Source of the DNA: Candidatus Terraquivivens yellowstonensis
GTDB lineage: Archaea; Thermoproteota; Nitrososphaeria_A; Caldarchaeales; Wolframiiraptoraceae
Assembly: GCA_023539445.1 (NCBI GenBank)
Contig: JAKCEW010000003.1
Location: 71,808-135,807, forward strand
Direction: 5' to 3'
DNA length: 64,000 nt
Shown: one piece after another, positions 50,016-58,770 of the stretch
Position numbering within the stretch: the stretch's first letter is position 1
Layout: every line of letters begins with the position of its first letter
Notes under the pieces: model-generated
What the model saw: only the letters and a program-made list of their open reading frames with translations
Database searches by the model: none
Told to the model about the DNA's origin: nothing
Made by a program: the position numbers and the translations under genes

Positions 50016-52145
50016 ATGAGCGCACTAACCGAAGTTTTAACACAACTTCTCAGGCCAAACAGCATTGCAGTCATAGGAGCCGCGAGGGAGCCGACCAAAA
50101 TCGGTCACGTCGTGCTAAAAAACATCTTGGAGTGCTCTTTTCCAAAGGAAAAGGTTTTCCCCGTAAATCCAAATGCTGAGGAGATTCTGGGCTTAAAGTG
50201 TTACAAGTCCATCAAGGATGTCCCGAATAACGTTGAGTTAGCTGTCATAACTGTTCCAGCGAAAATAGTGCCCCAAGTACTTAGGGAAAGTGTGGAGAAG
50301 GGTGTTAAAGCAATCGCCATAATCTCTGCAGGGTTTAAAGAGGTAGGCAACGTAAAAGAAGAGCTGGAGCTCGTTGAGATTGCGAGGAAAGGGAACGCAA
50401 GGATTTTGGGGCCAAACATAATTGGGATAGCAGACACCGTAAAAAAGGTAAACGCGAGCTTCATGCAGCAATTACCTAAGGAGGGAAGGATCGCGTTTGT
50501 TAGTCAAAGTGGGGCTCTTGCAATAGGTTTGGCTGGCTGGACTTCATTAAAGCAGATCGGGCTGTCCGACCTAGTAAGCATAGGTAACAAAGCAGATCTA
50601 AACGAGACAGACTTCATAGAGTACTTCGGGGACGACAAGTATACGAAGGTCATAACTCTTTACTTGGAAGGTGTGGACGATGGAAGGAGGTTCTTGGAGG
50701 TTTCCAAGAAAGTAAGCAAAAAGAAGCCGATAATAGCGCTAAAGCCAGGGAAGTCCGAAAGAACCACGCAAGCAATAAAGTCCCACACAGGCTCCTTGGC
50801 CGGTTCAGACATAGCCTACGAGGTGGCCTTTAAGCAAGCCGGGATAATAAGGGCGCCTACGATTATCGAGCTCTTTGACTGGGCTGTGGCTTTCGATCTG
50901 CTTCCATTACCTCGCGGTGAAAACTCCGTAATCTTAACAAACGGAGGAGGAGCCGGAGTCATGGCAACAGATGCTGCAGAAGAGTTTAAAGTAAAGCTCA
51001 TGGATATTCCGAAAGATCTGGCGGAGAAGCTCAGGAATTTCATGCCTCCCTTTGGTAGCGTATACAACCCGGTTGATCTAACTGGGATGGCCTCTCCGAG
51101 CGATTATGAGGGGGCATTAAAAACGCTACTAGAAGATGATAACGTCCACAACGTAATAGTGCTGTACTGTCACACGGCGCAAACAAACCCAATAGACTTG
51201 GCAAACGCCCTCATAAGGGCAAAAAGATCTGTTAACAAAGAAAAGCCGATAACCGCATGCCTCATCGGAGGAAAGGAATGCGAGGAGGCCATAAGGCTGC
51301 TCATCTCAAACGGTATCCCAGCATACGATACGCCTGAGAAGGCAGTTGCCGCTCTCGGTCAACTGCTAAAGTATCGCAGGTTCTTGGAGAGGCAAAAGAA
51401 GGAAGAAGGTTTGCAAGATATCAAAGTGGACAAAGATAAAGCAGAGAAGGTAATAAGGGCTGTTATAGAGGAAAAAAGGAACATACTTCTGCCCTCCGAG
51501 GCTGCTGAGGTTGCAAAATCTTACGGAATACCAGTTGTTGAGAAGATTAGAGTCACCAGTGCGGAGGAGGCCGTAAGGGCAGCTAATAGCGTTGGTTACC
51601 CGGTAGTCTTAGAGGTAGAGTCTCCGAACATACTCCACAAGGTCGACGTAGGCGGGATAATACTCAACATCAAGAGTCAAGACGAGGTAAGGCAGGCTTA
51701 TGAAAAGATCATGAAGAGCGTGAGGGAGAAGGCTCCAAACGCCGAGATAAGGGGGATAATCGTCAGGAAGATGGCGCCACAGGGAAGAGAGGTGGCCGTA
51801 GGCATGCACAGAGACCCCATCTTCGGCCCACTGATAATGTTTGGAAGCGGCGGTACTCTGATTGAACTATACAAAGACGTGTCCTTCAGAGTCGCACCGT
51901 TGACAAAAGAGGATGCGGAAGAGATGATAAACGAGACAAAGGCGTCGAAACTTATTGAGGGCATAAGGGGCGAGAAGCCATCTGATAAGGAAAAGGTTAA
52001 GGAGATCATCATTAGGCTCGCAAAGCTTGCGGAAGATTTTCCAGAGATAGAGGATATTGACATAAACCCGCTATTCGTTTACGGCGTTGGCGATTATGAA
52101 ACCCCGGCTCTTGCCGCTGACGTAAAGATAGTTTTGCGACGCTAA
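50016..52145 (+). CDS. acd: ADP-forming acetyl-CoA (acyl-CoA) synthetase, second paralogue
   Basis: Same architecture as 46722..48821 (IAVIGAAREPTKIG, KSHTGSLAGS, GYPVVLEVESPNILHKVDVG). About 60-70% identical to it by eye. Confidence 0.9.
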   Translation: MSALTEVLTQLLRPNSIAVIGAAREPTKIGHVVLKNILECSFPKEKVFPVNPNAEEILGLKCYKSIKDVPNNVELAVITVPAKIVPQVLRESVEKGVKAIAIISAGFKEVGNVKEELELVEIARKGNARILGPNIIGIADTVKKVNASFMQQLPKEGRIAFVSQSGALAIGLAGWTSLKQIGLSDLVSIGNKADLNETDFIEYFGDDKYTKVITLYLEGVDDGRRFLEVSKKVSKKKPIIALKPGKSERTTQAIKSHTGSLAGSDIAYEVAFKQAGIIRAPTIIELFDWAVAFDLLPLPRGENSVILTNGGGAGVMATDAAEEFKVKLMDIPKDLAEKLRNFMPPFGSVYNPVDLTGMASPSDYEGALKTLLEDDNVHNVIVLYCHTAQTNPIDLANALIRAKRSVNKEKPITACLIGGKECEEAIRLLISNGIPAYDTPEKAVAALGQLLKYRRFLERQKKEEGLQDIKVDKDKAEKVIRAVIEEKRNILLPSEAAEVAKSYGIPVVEKIRVTSAEEAVRAANSVGYPVVLEVESPNILHKVDVGGIILNIKSQDEVRQAYEKIMKSVREKAPNAEIRGIIVRKMAPQGREVAVGMHRDPIFGPLIMFGSGGTLIELYKDVSFRVAPLTKEDAEEMINETKASKLIEGIRGEKPSDKEKVKEIIIRLAKLAEDFPEIEDIDINPLFVYGVGDYETPALAADVKIVLRR

Positions 52146-52285
52146 ACGCCCTTAACATAACTGAATCGCGTTTGCTCTTTTAGTTAGGAAATTTCGCATA
52201 TTTTTAACAACAGTTTTTAAACCCACGACGTATTCGTGAGACTTATCGTTTAAATACACGGGCTAGCCGTTATTCATGAGACAAA

Positions 52286-53698
52286 ATGTCTTGTGTAAAA
52301 GATAACGAGCTCGATAGGATGAGGAGCGAAGTTTTGGAGATTACAAAGGAAATCCTTAGGCTCGTCGCGAAACGACAGTCCCTTTGTGCTGAGATAGGAA
52401 AGCTGAAGCAATCAAAGGGTCTGAGCATCGAGGACCCGAGCGCCGAGAGGATTTTGAGGGAGGCTATCACCAAGGAAGCTCTGGCTCTCGGTATAGAGGA
52501 GGATTTTGCACAAAGGTTAACGACGCAACTTATTGAGGAGTGTATCAAAGTCCAGCCAAAGCCGCCAGAGAAGAAGGTCCTTACGCACAGGGATATAGCT
52601 AGGATGGCGGAGGCTCTCGAGAGGCAAGGCGTAAGGGTCATCAGGATGGACGTAGGCGAGCCCGACTTCAGGGCACCAAGCGTCGTCGTGGAAAGGGCAT
52701 ACCAAGAGATGAAGGCGGGAAGGTCAAGGTACACGGAGCCGAAGGGAAAGCAGGAGTTGAGACAAGCAATCGCCGATTATGTAAAGATGAGGTTCGATGC
52801 GGATGTCAAGGCAGACCAGGTGATAGCAACTATGGGCGGCGCATTCGGCGTGTACTTAGCCCTCGCATCAACGGTATCTCCTGGCGACGAGGTCATAGTT
52901 ATCGACCCATCGTGGCCGATTTACAAGTCTTGCGTCAGATATGTAGGTGGGAGGCCAATCGTGTTGGAGACGCGGTTGGAGGATGGTTGGGAGCCGAACC
53001 TTGATGAGCTTAATGAAAAGATAAGCGCGGCCACGAAGGCCATAATTATGAACTACCCAAGCAACCCAACTGGCAAGGCCTTAGGCAAGAAGACGTTCAA
53101 GGGAATTGTGGAGATAGCGCAGGACAGAAAGCTGACGCTGATAAGTGACGAGGTCTATGCGGACTACAACTTCACGGGCTCTGAGCACAATACGGTCCTT
53201 AACTATCCTGAAGTGAGTTATGTTCTGATATCTTCCTTCTCCAAGAGCTGGGGTATGACAGGCTTTAGGGTCGGGTTCGTCATCTCCGACCTTGATAGAG
53301 CGAACAAGATGGCCGCAATACAGTCCATGCTCATAACCTGCATCCCGGAGTTCATACAATATGCAGCTATTGAGGCTCTGAAGTGCTTGGACGAAGCGAA
53401 GAAGAACTCGGAGGTGATGAGGGAGAGGGCCGAGGCTGTGTGTAAGGCCCTTGAACCATTACCCGTATCCTTCTACAAGCCAGACGGGGCTATGTACGTT
53501 TTTCCAAGGATTGACGTGAAGGGTATCGACGGGTCAGAATTTGCCGTGAAACTCCTAGAGAATAAGAACGTTAGCGTGGCGCCCGGTGGTGCATTTGGCA
53601 ACTACTTCAACTACTTCAGGATGTCACTCGGGCAACCGAAGGAAGTCCTAGTCGAGGGTGTGAAAAGGATAGGCGAGTTCCTTAGCACTCTGTCCTAA
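52286..53698 (+). CDS. Chorismate mutase (AroQ, N-terminal ~95 aa) fused to a class-I aminotransferase
   Basis: AroQ pattern LDRMRSEVLEITKEILRLVAKRQSLCAEIGKLKQSKGLSIEDPSAERIL...LIEECIKVQ. It is followed by aminotransferase motifs RMDVGEPDF, NYPSNPTG, SFSKSWGMTGFRVG (PLP Lys) and FRMS. Confidence 0.85.
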   Translation: MSCVKDNELDRMRSEVLEITKEILRLVAKRQSLCAEIGKLKQSKGLSIEDPSAERILREAITKEALALGIEEDFAQRLTTQLIEECIKVQPKPPEKKVLTHRDIARMAEALERQGVRVIRMDVGEPDFRAPSVVVERAYQEMKAGRSRYTEPKGKQELRQAIADYVKMRFDADVKADQVIATMGGAFGVYLALASTVSPGDEVIVIDPSWPIYKSCVRYVGGRPIVLETRLEDGWEPNLDELNEKISAATKAIIMNYPSNPTGKALGKKTFKGIVEIAQDRKLTLISDEVYADYNFTGSEHNTVLNYPEVSYVLISSFSKSWGMTGFRVGFVISDLDRANKMAAIQSMLITCIPEFIQYAAIEALKCLDEAKKNSEVMRERAEAVCKALEPLPVSFYKPDGAMYVFPRIDVKGIDGSEFAVKLLENKNVSVAPGGAFGNYFNYFRMSLGQPKEVLVEGVKRIGEFLSTLS

Positions 53699-53776
53699 AA
53701 CCGGCCGTAAAATTACAGCAAGCCTTACCTAGGGAAAGTTATTTTAGCCTAATCTTTCTTTAGACGTCGGAATCGT

Positions 53777-54628
53777 ATGAAGGCGGCTATTATCGGAGCA
53801 GGAAGGATGGGCAGCTGGTTCGCCAAATATTTTTACAAAAAAGGATACGAGGTAAAAGTTTTCGATAAAAGACAGAGCGCCGCATCCAAATTGGCAAAAG
53901 AAATCGGGGCGAGTACGAACAGAAGCATTGAGGGGGCGGTACATGACGCTGATGTCACACTAGTCGCTGTTCCGCTAGATGTCACGACGTCTGTCGTTAA
54001 AGAGGTTTTAAAGTATGCAAAGCAAGGTAGCGTTATCGTCGAGGTCTCGTCATTAAAGGCGCATGTAGTTACATCGTTAAAGAGACTGAGACGTACACGT
54101 GCTGAGATACTTTCTGTTCATCCGCTATTCGGGCCGGGTGCAAGTGACATGAAGGGAAAGGTTATGGCATTGGTACCGATAAAGAGTAGAGGTTCTGAGT
54201 TACGCATAGCGAGGAGCATATTTGGCGATGCGAATATTATTGTAGTCAACTGGAGGGAACATGACAGGGCCATGGCGTACGTCCTTTCATTATCGCATGT
54301 ATTGGCAACGTCGCTGATTTTCGCTATGGATGACGTAACACTCAAGAAGGCAAGGAGACTCTCGGGTACGACCTTTAAGCTTCAGATGCTTTCTGCTGCA
54401 ACATCGTTATCGGAAAATCCGGAGCTTGTTATCTCGACCTTTAAGATGAACCCGTACGCATTTCGAGCGTTTTCATCCTACATGAAAAGACTTAATGAGC
54501 TTGTCAAGGTTATCAGGAATGGGGATGTCGATAAACTCAAGGAAATCTTCAAGGTGTGCAGAGCTAAAGTAGGTTCAGAATTGTATGAAGAGGCGTATGC
54601 GCTTCTTGAGCGACGCTCTTCTTTCTAA
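53777..54628 (+). CDS. tyrA: Prephenate/arogenate dehydrogenase (TyrA family)
   Basis: MKAAIIGAGRMGSWFA Rossmann motif and SVHPLFGPG. Confidence 0.8.
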   Translation: MKAAIIGAGRMGSWFAKYFYKKGYEVKVFDKRQSAASKLAKEIGASTNRSIEGAVHDADVTLVAVPLDVTTSVVKEVLKYAKQGSVIVEVSSLKAHVVTSLKRLRRTRAEILSVHPLFGPGASDMKGKVMALVPIKSRGSELRIARSIFGDANIIVVNWREHDRAMAYVLSLSHVLATSLIFAMDDVTLKKARRLSGTTFKLQMLSAATSLSENPELVISTFKMNPYAFRAFSSYMKRLNELVKVIRNGDVDKLKEIFKVCRAKVGSELYEEAYALLERRSSF

Positions 54629-55266
54629 ATGGCCGAGTCTATCGCTTCCCTGATTTCGCGGGTTGCCTTTGCTGGGTCAGGTGCGCCGGATATAGCACCA
54701 CCTATTACGACTATCTTCGCTCCGGCCTTAACGGCTATCGGAGCTGTTAGCACGGATAGACCACCCGCAACTGCTACAGGAATCTTGACGTAATCAACAA
54801 TTTCTCTCAGCCATGTAAGCGGTGTCAAACCATCTTTTTGCAAGTCCTTCCCAATGTGCAATAATATGTAGTCTGCGCCCAAGGTCACAACCTCTTCGGC
54901 CCTTTTTCGTAGATCTCTGACTAGCATCAAGTCGACCATGAGCTTAGCGGAATGTTCATGTGCCGCATCCGCTGCCTCCTTAATCGTCCTGTCGGATGCT
55001 AGGCCCAACACCGTAACTACGCGTGCTCCGTGGCTTGCCGCCATTAGGGCCTCGAGATAACCTGTATCGATTGTCTTCATATCTGCCACGACCGTAACGT
55101 TCGGGAAACGCTCCACTACTAGCTTCACAGCGCTGATGCCTACTGACTTTATCAGCGGCGTACCGACCTCAAGCCAATCAGCACCTCCGCTCACGGCGGC
55201 CTCCGCAACCCGAAAAGCTTGCTCAAGCGAAGTAAAATCCAGAGCTACCTGAAGTATCGGCCTCAT
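54625..55266 (-). CDS. hps: 3-hexulose-6-phosphate synthase-like (OMP decarboxylase superfamily)
   Basis: LQVALDF, EVGTPLIKS, ADMKTIDTG, VAGGL. 213 aa, stand-alone (not fused to PHI or Fae). Confidence 0.8.
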   Translation of the reverse strand: MRPILQVALDFTSLEQAFRVAEAAVSGGADWLEVGTPLIKSVGISAVKLVVERFPNVTVVADMKTIDTGYLEALMAASHGARVVTVLGLASDRTIKEAADAAHEHSAKLMVDLMLVRDLRKRAEEVVTLGADYILLHIGKDLQKDGLTPLTWLREIVDYVKIPVAVAGGLSVLTAPIAVKAGAKIVVIGGAISGAPDPAKATREIREAIDSAI

Positions 55267-56684
55267 GTTTCCAGTACGACCACTTTTGTATCCCTTTCAA
55301 CGGCTATTTCCAGCTCACCGAAGACGTTCTGCCTGACCCCGACCCAGCGCAGTTGAACATGCTTGCCTATCGGTATTGAGTCTATCTCCCTAGCCTTAGA
55401 CCTCCATGCAGAGCATAGCATAGTAGTCTCGCCGTCCCTCAACCAGAAGCTTATCTTTTCAACCCTGCCGAACTTCGTCTCGACCGTTCCCAACGGGGTC
55501 TTCGTGTGGAGTATTCCCTCGACTATTATATCGGATTCCTCGCTACTTAACTCGGCCAATCTCTTCTTTCTATCGACCATCGGAACGCTTCTCGCATCCT
55601 CATCTGTTGCCATCATCACTCCGTATTCCGGTGTTACTATTGTTTTTCTACCGTTCCTCTCCGATACGAAGCCTTTGATTACCCTAACCGCATCACCCTC
55701 CTTAACTTTGACACCAACCAGAGAACTGCTTGAAAGCCTGTAAACCCATACGCCGTCTGAGAGTATGAACGTTACGAGCCCTGGTCGCTCAATCACGTCA
55801 AGCACCCTGAATATCTTGTTACTCACAAGCCTCTTTGATTCCGTCATCAGCTTCGACAGATCCAGTTTACTCTTGGTAGCCTTTGCGATGCATGTCCTAA
55901 TGGTTGTCTGGAGCTGGCCTCCCTTAAACCTTACATCGGTCAGCATAAGTTCTGTTCCCGGCGCAACATTCGTTATCAACTCCACCTTGTCCCTCCAAGC
56001 TACCAAAACGGCTTCACCATACTCGTCAGCCAAAAGTGCCTCGACCGCGTTCACCGTACCTGACTTCGTCTGGATTGACCTCAGCTCGCCAATCATGATA
56101 AGCGTACCCCTTACGTCGAACGTCTCAGTTGTCAAAGCCCTGCTTGCCGGAATGAAGAAACTCTCTACATGTGGTAGGATTCCAGAATCCTCGACAAGCT
56201 TTACCGAGCTGTTCCTCCCAACATGTATCTCAGGTTTGCCATCAGGACCGCTCCTTGTGTAAACATGCATCATCACGATTGTCATGCCGGGGGAGAGCCC
56301 TATCGCCGCCAGCTCCTCCGCTTTCTGTTCCCACGCAACGGTTGAGGCCTTACCTGTTTCGTCACCAACTTTCATCCTTAGGACGGGCCTACCGTTTACC
56401 ATGACAAGCGGTGAGACGGCTATAACCCTGACGTAGAGCGATACATCGTTTAGTCCCGAGACCAGCGAGGAAATTTTTGTAAACTCGCTCGCATCGAACG
56501 CTGGTGCAGAGCATCCAGATGTCTCAAAGACGCCTAACTCATCCGCTAATAGAAGTAGCGCTCCGAGCCTACTAAGCATGGGCGAGTCCCTCAGCTTCTC
56601 CTCGACCTTCTTCTCTAACTCCTCCTCAGAAAGCTCCGGTCTCCTTTTCAGTATCCTTTTAACTAGCTCTTCGTACTCGGCCAT
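55263..56684 (-). CDS. RPA-like protein with an N-terminal helical domain and several OB-fold-like repeats
   Basis: N-terminus EELVKRILKRRPELSEEELEKKVEEK..LGALLLLADELGV. This is followed by repeats of the RPA-type pattern, e.g. VSLYVRVIAVS...LRMKVGDETGKASTVAWE, FDVRGTLIMIGE...ALLADEYGEAVLVAWR, IIVEGILHT...FWLRDGETTMLCSAWR. ATGA overlap with hps. Confidence 0.5.
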   Translation of the reverse strand: MAEYEELVKRILKRRPELSEEELEKKVEEKLRDSPMLSRLGALLLLADELGVFETSGCSAPAFDASEFTKISSLVSGLNDVSLYVRVIAVSPLVMVNGRPVLRMKVGDETGKASTVAWEQKAEELAAIGLSPGMTIVMMHVYTRSGPDGKPEIHVGRNSSVKLVEDSGILPHVESFFIPASRALTTETFDVRGTLIMIGELRSIQTKSGTVNAVEALLADEYGEAVLVAWRDKVELITNVAPGTELMLTDVRFKGGQLQTTIRTCIAKATKSKLDLSKLMTESKRLVSNKIFRVLDVIERPGLVTFILSDGVWVYRLSSSSLVGVKVKEGDAVRVIKGFVSERNGRKTIVTPEYGVMMATDEDARSVPMVDRKKRLAELSSEESDIIVEGILHTKTPLGTVETKFGRVEKISFWLRDGETTMLCSAWRSKAREIDSIPIGKHVQLRWVGVRQNVFGELEIAVERDTKVVVLET

Positions 56685-56717
56685 TAATCCTTGCCTTTCA
56701 TTATGGCGTGCGTGCGG

Positions 56718-57482
56718 CTAAATAAATGCTTCTAAGAACTTCTTGAACCTCAGGGCATCGTCGGCCATCGAAACGTTATTAAAAAGTACGTAGCACGCGT
56801 CCCTGCCCTCCGATTCCTCCAAAACCATCTGCCTCAGCTTGGCCAAATCTTCGTCCGTGTACTTGTACGAATAATTCACCTCACCGCCCCCTATACCGTG
56901 CAACCTTGTGTAGAATAGTCTGTGTCTGTGGACAGGCCTCCAGCGGAATACGTCAGTCACGTGTATCAGGCCGTGCTTCTTACAAAGCTCCTTTACGGCG
57001 TCCGGATTTTCGCGCCAACTGCCCCTCGGCTCCCAGCCTATCTCAAAGCCCTCACGCGGCGCCTCGCTGAAGAACCTGTCAGCATTCTCGAAGTTCTTCT
57101 CGCTGTAGCCGAACGAGGAAGGTGTCTGAACCACGATGACCGCTGCCTCGATAGCCCTCGCCACCTCGACCGTCCTGCTCCAGGCCTCGAAGTTCTCCTT
57201 CGTCGGCTTCAGGTCTCCATATTTTTCCTTCGCACCCTCTGGAACCCTGATGCCGGCCCTCCTCCATGTAGGGCTGCTCGGCGGGTGCGTTACCGCCTGC
57301 CAAGCCTTCATGTTGAAGACGAAGTCCTTCGGTGCCAACTCTTTCCATTTCCTTGCGGTATCCAGCTTGGGCAGCTTGTAAAAAGTCTCCTGAAGTTCTA
57401 TCGTTTTGAGCGCGTTATAGTATGCTTGCTTGCCGCCCTTTATAGCCCAGCCGCAACAGCCCACAAAGACTCGGCATTTCAT
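56718..57482 (-). CDS. DUF72 family protein
   Basis: N-terminal VGCCGWAIKGGKQAYYNALKTIELQETFYKLP is typical of DUF72. 254 aa. Confidence 0.8.
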   Translation of the reverse strand: MKCRVFVGCCGWAIKGGKQAYYNALKTIELQETFYKLPKLDTARKWKELAPKDFVFNMKAWQAVTHPPSSPTWRRAGIRVPEGAKEKYGDLKPTKENFEAWSRTVEVARAIEAAVIVVQTPSSFGYSEKNFENADRFFSEAPREGFEIGWEPRGSWRENPDAVKELCKKHGLIHVTDVFRWRPVHRHRLFYTRLHGIGGGEVNYSYKYTDEDLAKLRQMVLEESEGRDACYVLFNNVSMADDALRFKKFLEAFI

Positions 57483-57543
57483 ACAAAGCCGAGATGCATA
57501 TCCCGCATTAAAAGCGTATGCTACGCCTTCTAAGGTATTGTTA

Positions 57544-57630
57544 TGGGCCCGGTGGGACTCGAACCCACGACCTACAGGTTATGAGCCTCGGCTGATTACT
57601 GCCGCTCTAACCATGCTGAGCTACGGGCCC
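57544..57630 (-). tRNA. tRNA-Met(CAU): tRNA with CAU anticodon (elongator Met or Ile2) carrying a 12-nt non-canonical intron
   Basis: Reverse complement: GGGCCCG TA GCTC AGCATGGTTA GAGC G GCAG[TAATCAGCCGAG]G CTCATAA CCTGT AGGTC GTGGG TTCGAGT CCCAC CGGGCCC A. All four stems pair perfectly once the bracketed 12 nt (57587..57598) are removed. CCA is not encoded. Confidence 0.85.
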
Positions 57631-57835
57631 ACCTTTTCCTGTCCGAACATTCATATAACCTTCCTTACCTTATTCTTTTTGATGGACCTTGGAAAGGTTC
57701 AGCTACAGGCATACCCTATCTAAAAAAGCACTAAGACTATATGAATGTTTCGAGCTCTTCTCTATACTTTTTTGTATATTCTTTCAACATCGAACCGAAA
57801 AGTTCAGATAGCAATCTTAATGATAACTCAACAAC

Positions 57836-58281
57836 ATGATAAAGGATGGTTGGAGCAGAATATACCGAAAATTGGCGTTGCTGAACGCAATTATAGCTGC
57901 GGCTTGGACACTAATACTTATAACACGTATTAAACCGCTCTCCTACCTTCTCCCCATTATGGCTGAAGGGGCCGGGAACGTGGCTTATTCTCGGATATAC
58001 TTTATTTATTATAATCGGTTTTTATGACTTCATAGGCTTCTCAACACTCTATAAGCAGCTCGAAGAAGAAGGGCGCGTAGTGGACGAAGGGTTGGCCGCT
58101 ATTGGTTTATTTATGCTCTTTATAGGCGCAACGCTGGCTACTATGCTTCTTGGAGTTGGGGTGCGATAGGAGGATATGCTAGAAGTGTACAGCACCTACC
58201 TACACAGCAGGTTCAAACCATACTGGAGCCGTTTTAGATGTCATAACAGCTTTCACGATTATTGCTATATTAGGTGTTTGA
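57836..58281 (+). pseudogene. Probable decayed gene for a small multi-pass membrane protein (several frame changes)
   Basis: Hydrophobic helix-like segments continue across frames. Segment 1: MIKDGWSRIYRKLALLNAIIAAAWTLILI. Segment 2, after a frame change: WLKGPGTWLILGYTLFIIIGFYDFIGFSTLYKQLEEEGRVVDEGLAAIGLFMLFIGATLATMLLGVG, ending at a stop. Segment 3, after a frame change: AIGGYARS...ILEPF, ending at a stop. Segment 4, after a frame change: DVITAFTIIAILGV. No single ORF longer than 63 aa. Confidence 0.3.
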
Positions 58282-58350
58282 TAACATTGTTATAAAAAAC
58301 TTATCGGGGGATATTTTCGCAGAATTGTTATCAATATTGCCTCAGTTGCA
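58281..58350. repeat. Copy A of a 65-70 bp intergenic module (direct repeat of 59869..59933)
   Basis: ATAACATTGTTATAAAAAACTTATCGGGGGATATTTTCGCAGAATTGTTATCAATATTGCCTCAGTTGCA. Aligns with copy B at roughly 85% identity with 4 gap positions. Contains palindromes ATAACA-T-TGTTAT and CAATATTG. Confidence 0.6.
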
Positions 58351-58755
58351 TTATATGTAGAGAATTTGAGCGCCTCTTGTTGCTTCCAAGAAAGCGGCGA
58401 TGCCCATCACTTCATCGACTTCATTTATGAGTTCATCTCGCGTTACATCGTAGAAGGACATAGCAGCTATGCAAGCATATATTTTACCACGAAATCTCTT
58501 TAACTCATTTATTCCCTCTGATATACTACGTATAGTGCCTTTCTCCAATCCTTCTTTAATTTTTTGTCTTATGGTTGGGTCGGTTTCTTCGCCTACCTCG
58601 TCGATTCTACCCTTTATCAGCCTGAAAAGGGCACCATATGTGAAGAATGTAGAAACTTCTTTGCCTAATGCAGCATACATCGCCGCTAATGTTAGAGCGT
58701 AGCTCACCCGCTCGAATGAGCCGCTGTTTATTATCAGAGCGACTTTCTCACTCAA
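58351..58755 (-). CDS. DsrE/DsrF-like family protein (DrsE_2 / COG2044 type)
   Basis: KVALIINSGSFERVSYALTLAAMYAALGKEVSTFFTYGALFRL and C-terminal GKIYACIAAMSFYDV...GIAAFLE..ILYI. TTG start. Confidence 0.7.
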   Translation of the reverse strand: MSEKVALIINSGSFERVSYALTLAAMYAALGKEVSTFFTYGALFRLIKGRIDEVGEETDPTIRQKIKEGLEKGTIRSISEGINELKRFRGKIYACIAAMSFYDVTRDELINEVDEVMGIAAFLEATRGAQILYI

Positions 58756-58770
58756 GTTATACCCTTACCC

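Noticed and set aside
57807-57819. GATAGCAATCTTA, a 12/13 match in inverted orientation to part of the repeated module (GATAGCAATTTTA).
   Set aside because: The match is too short. My rough estimate gives a several-percent chance of such a match in 64 kb on both strands, and the flanks show no further similarity.
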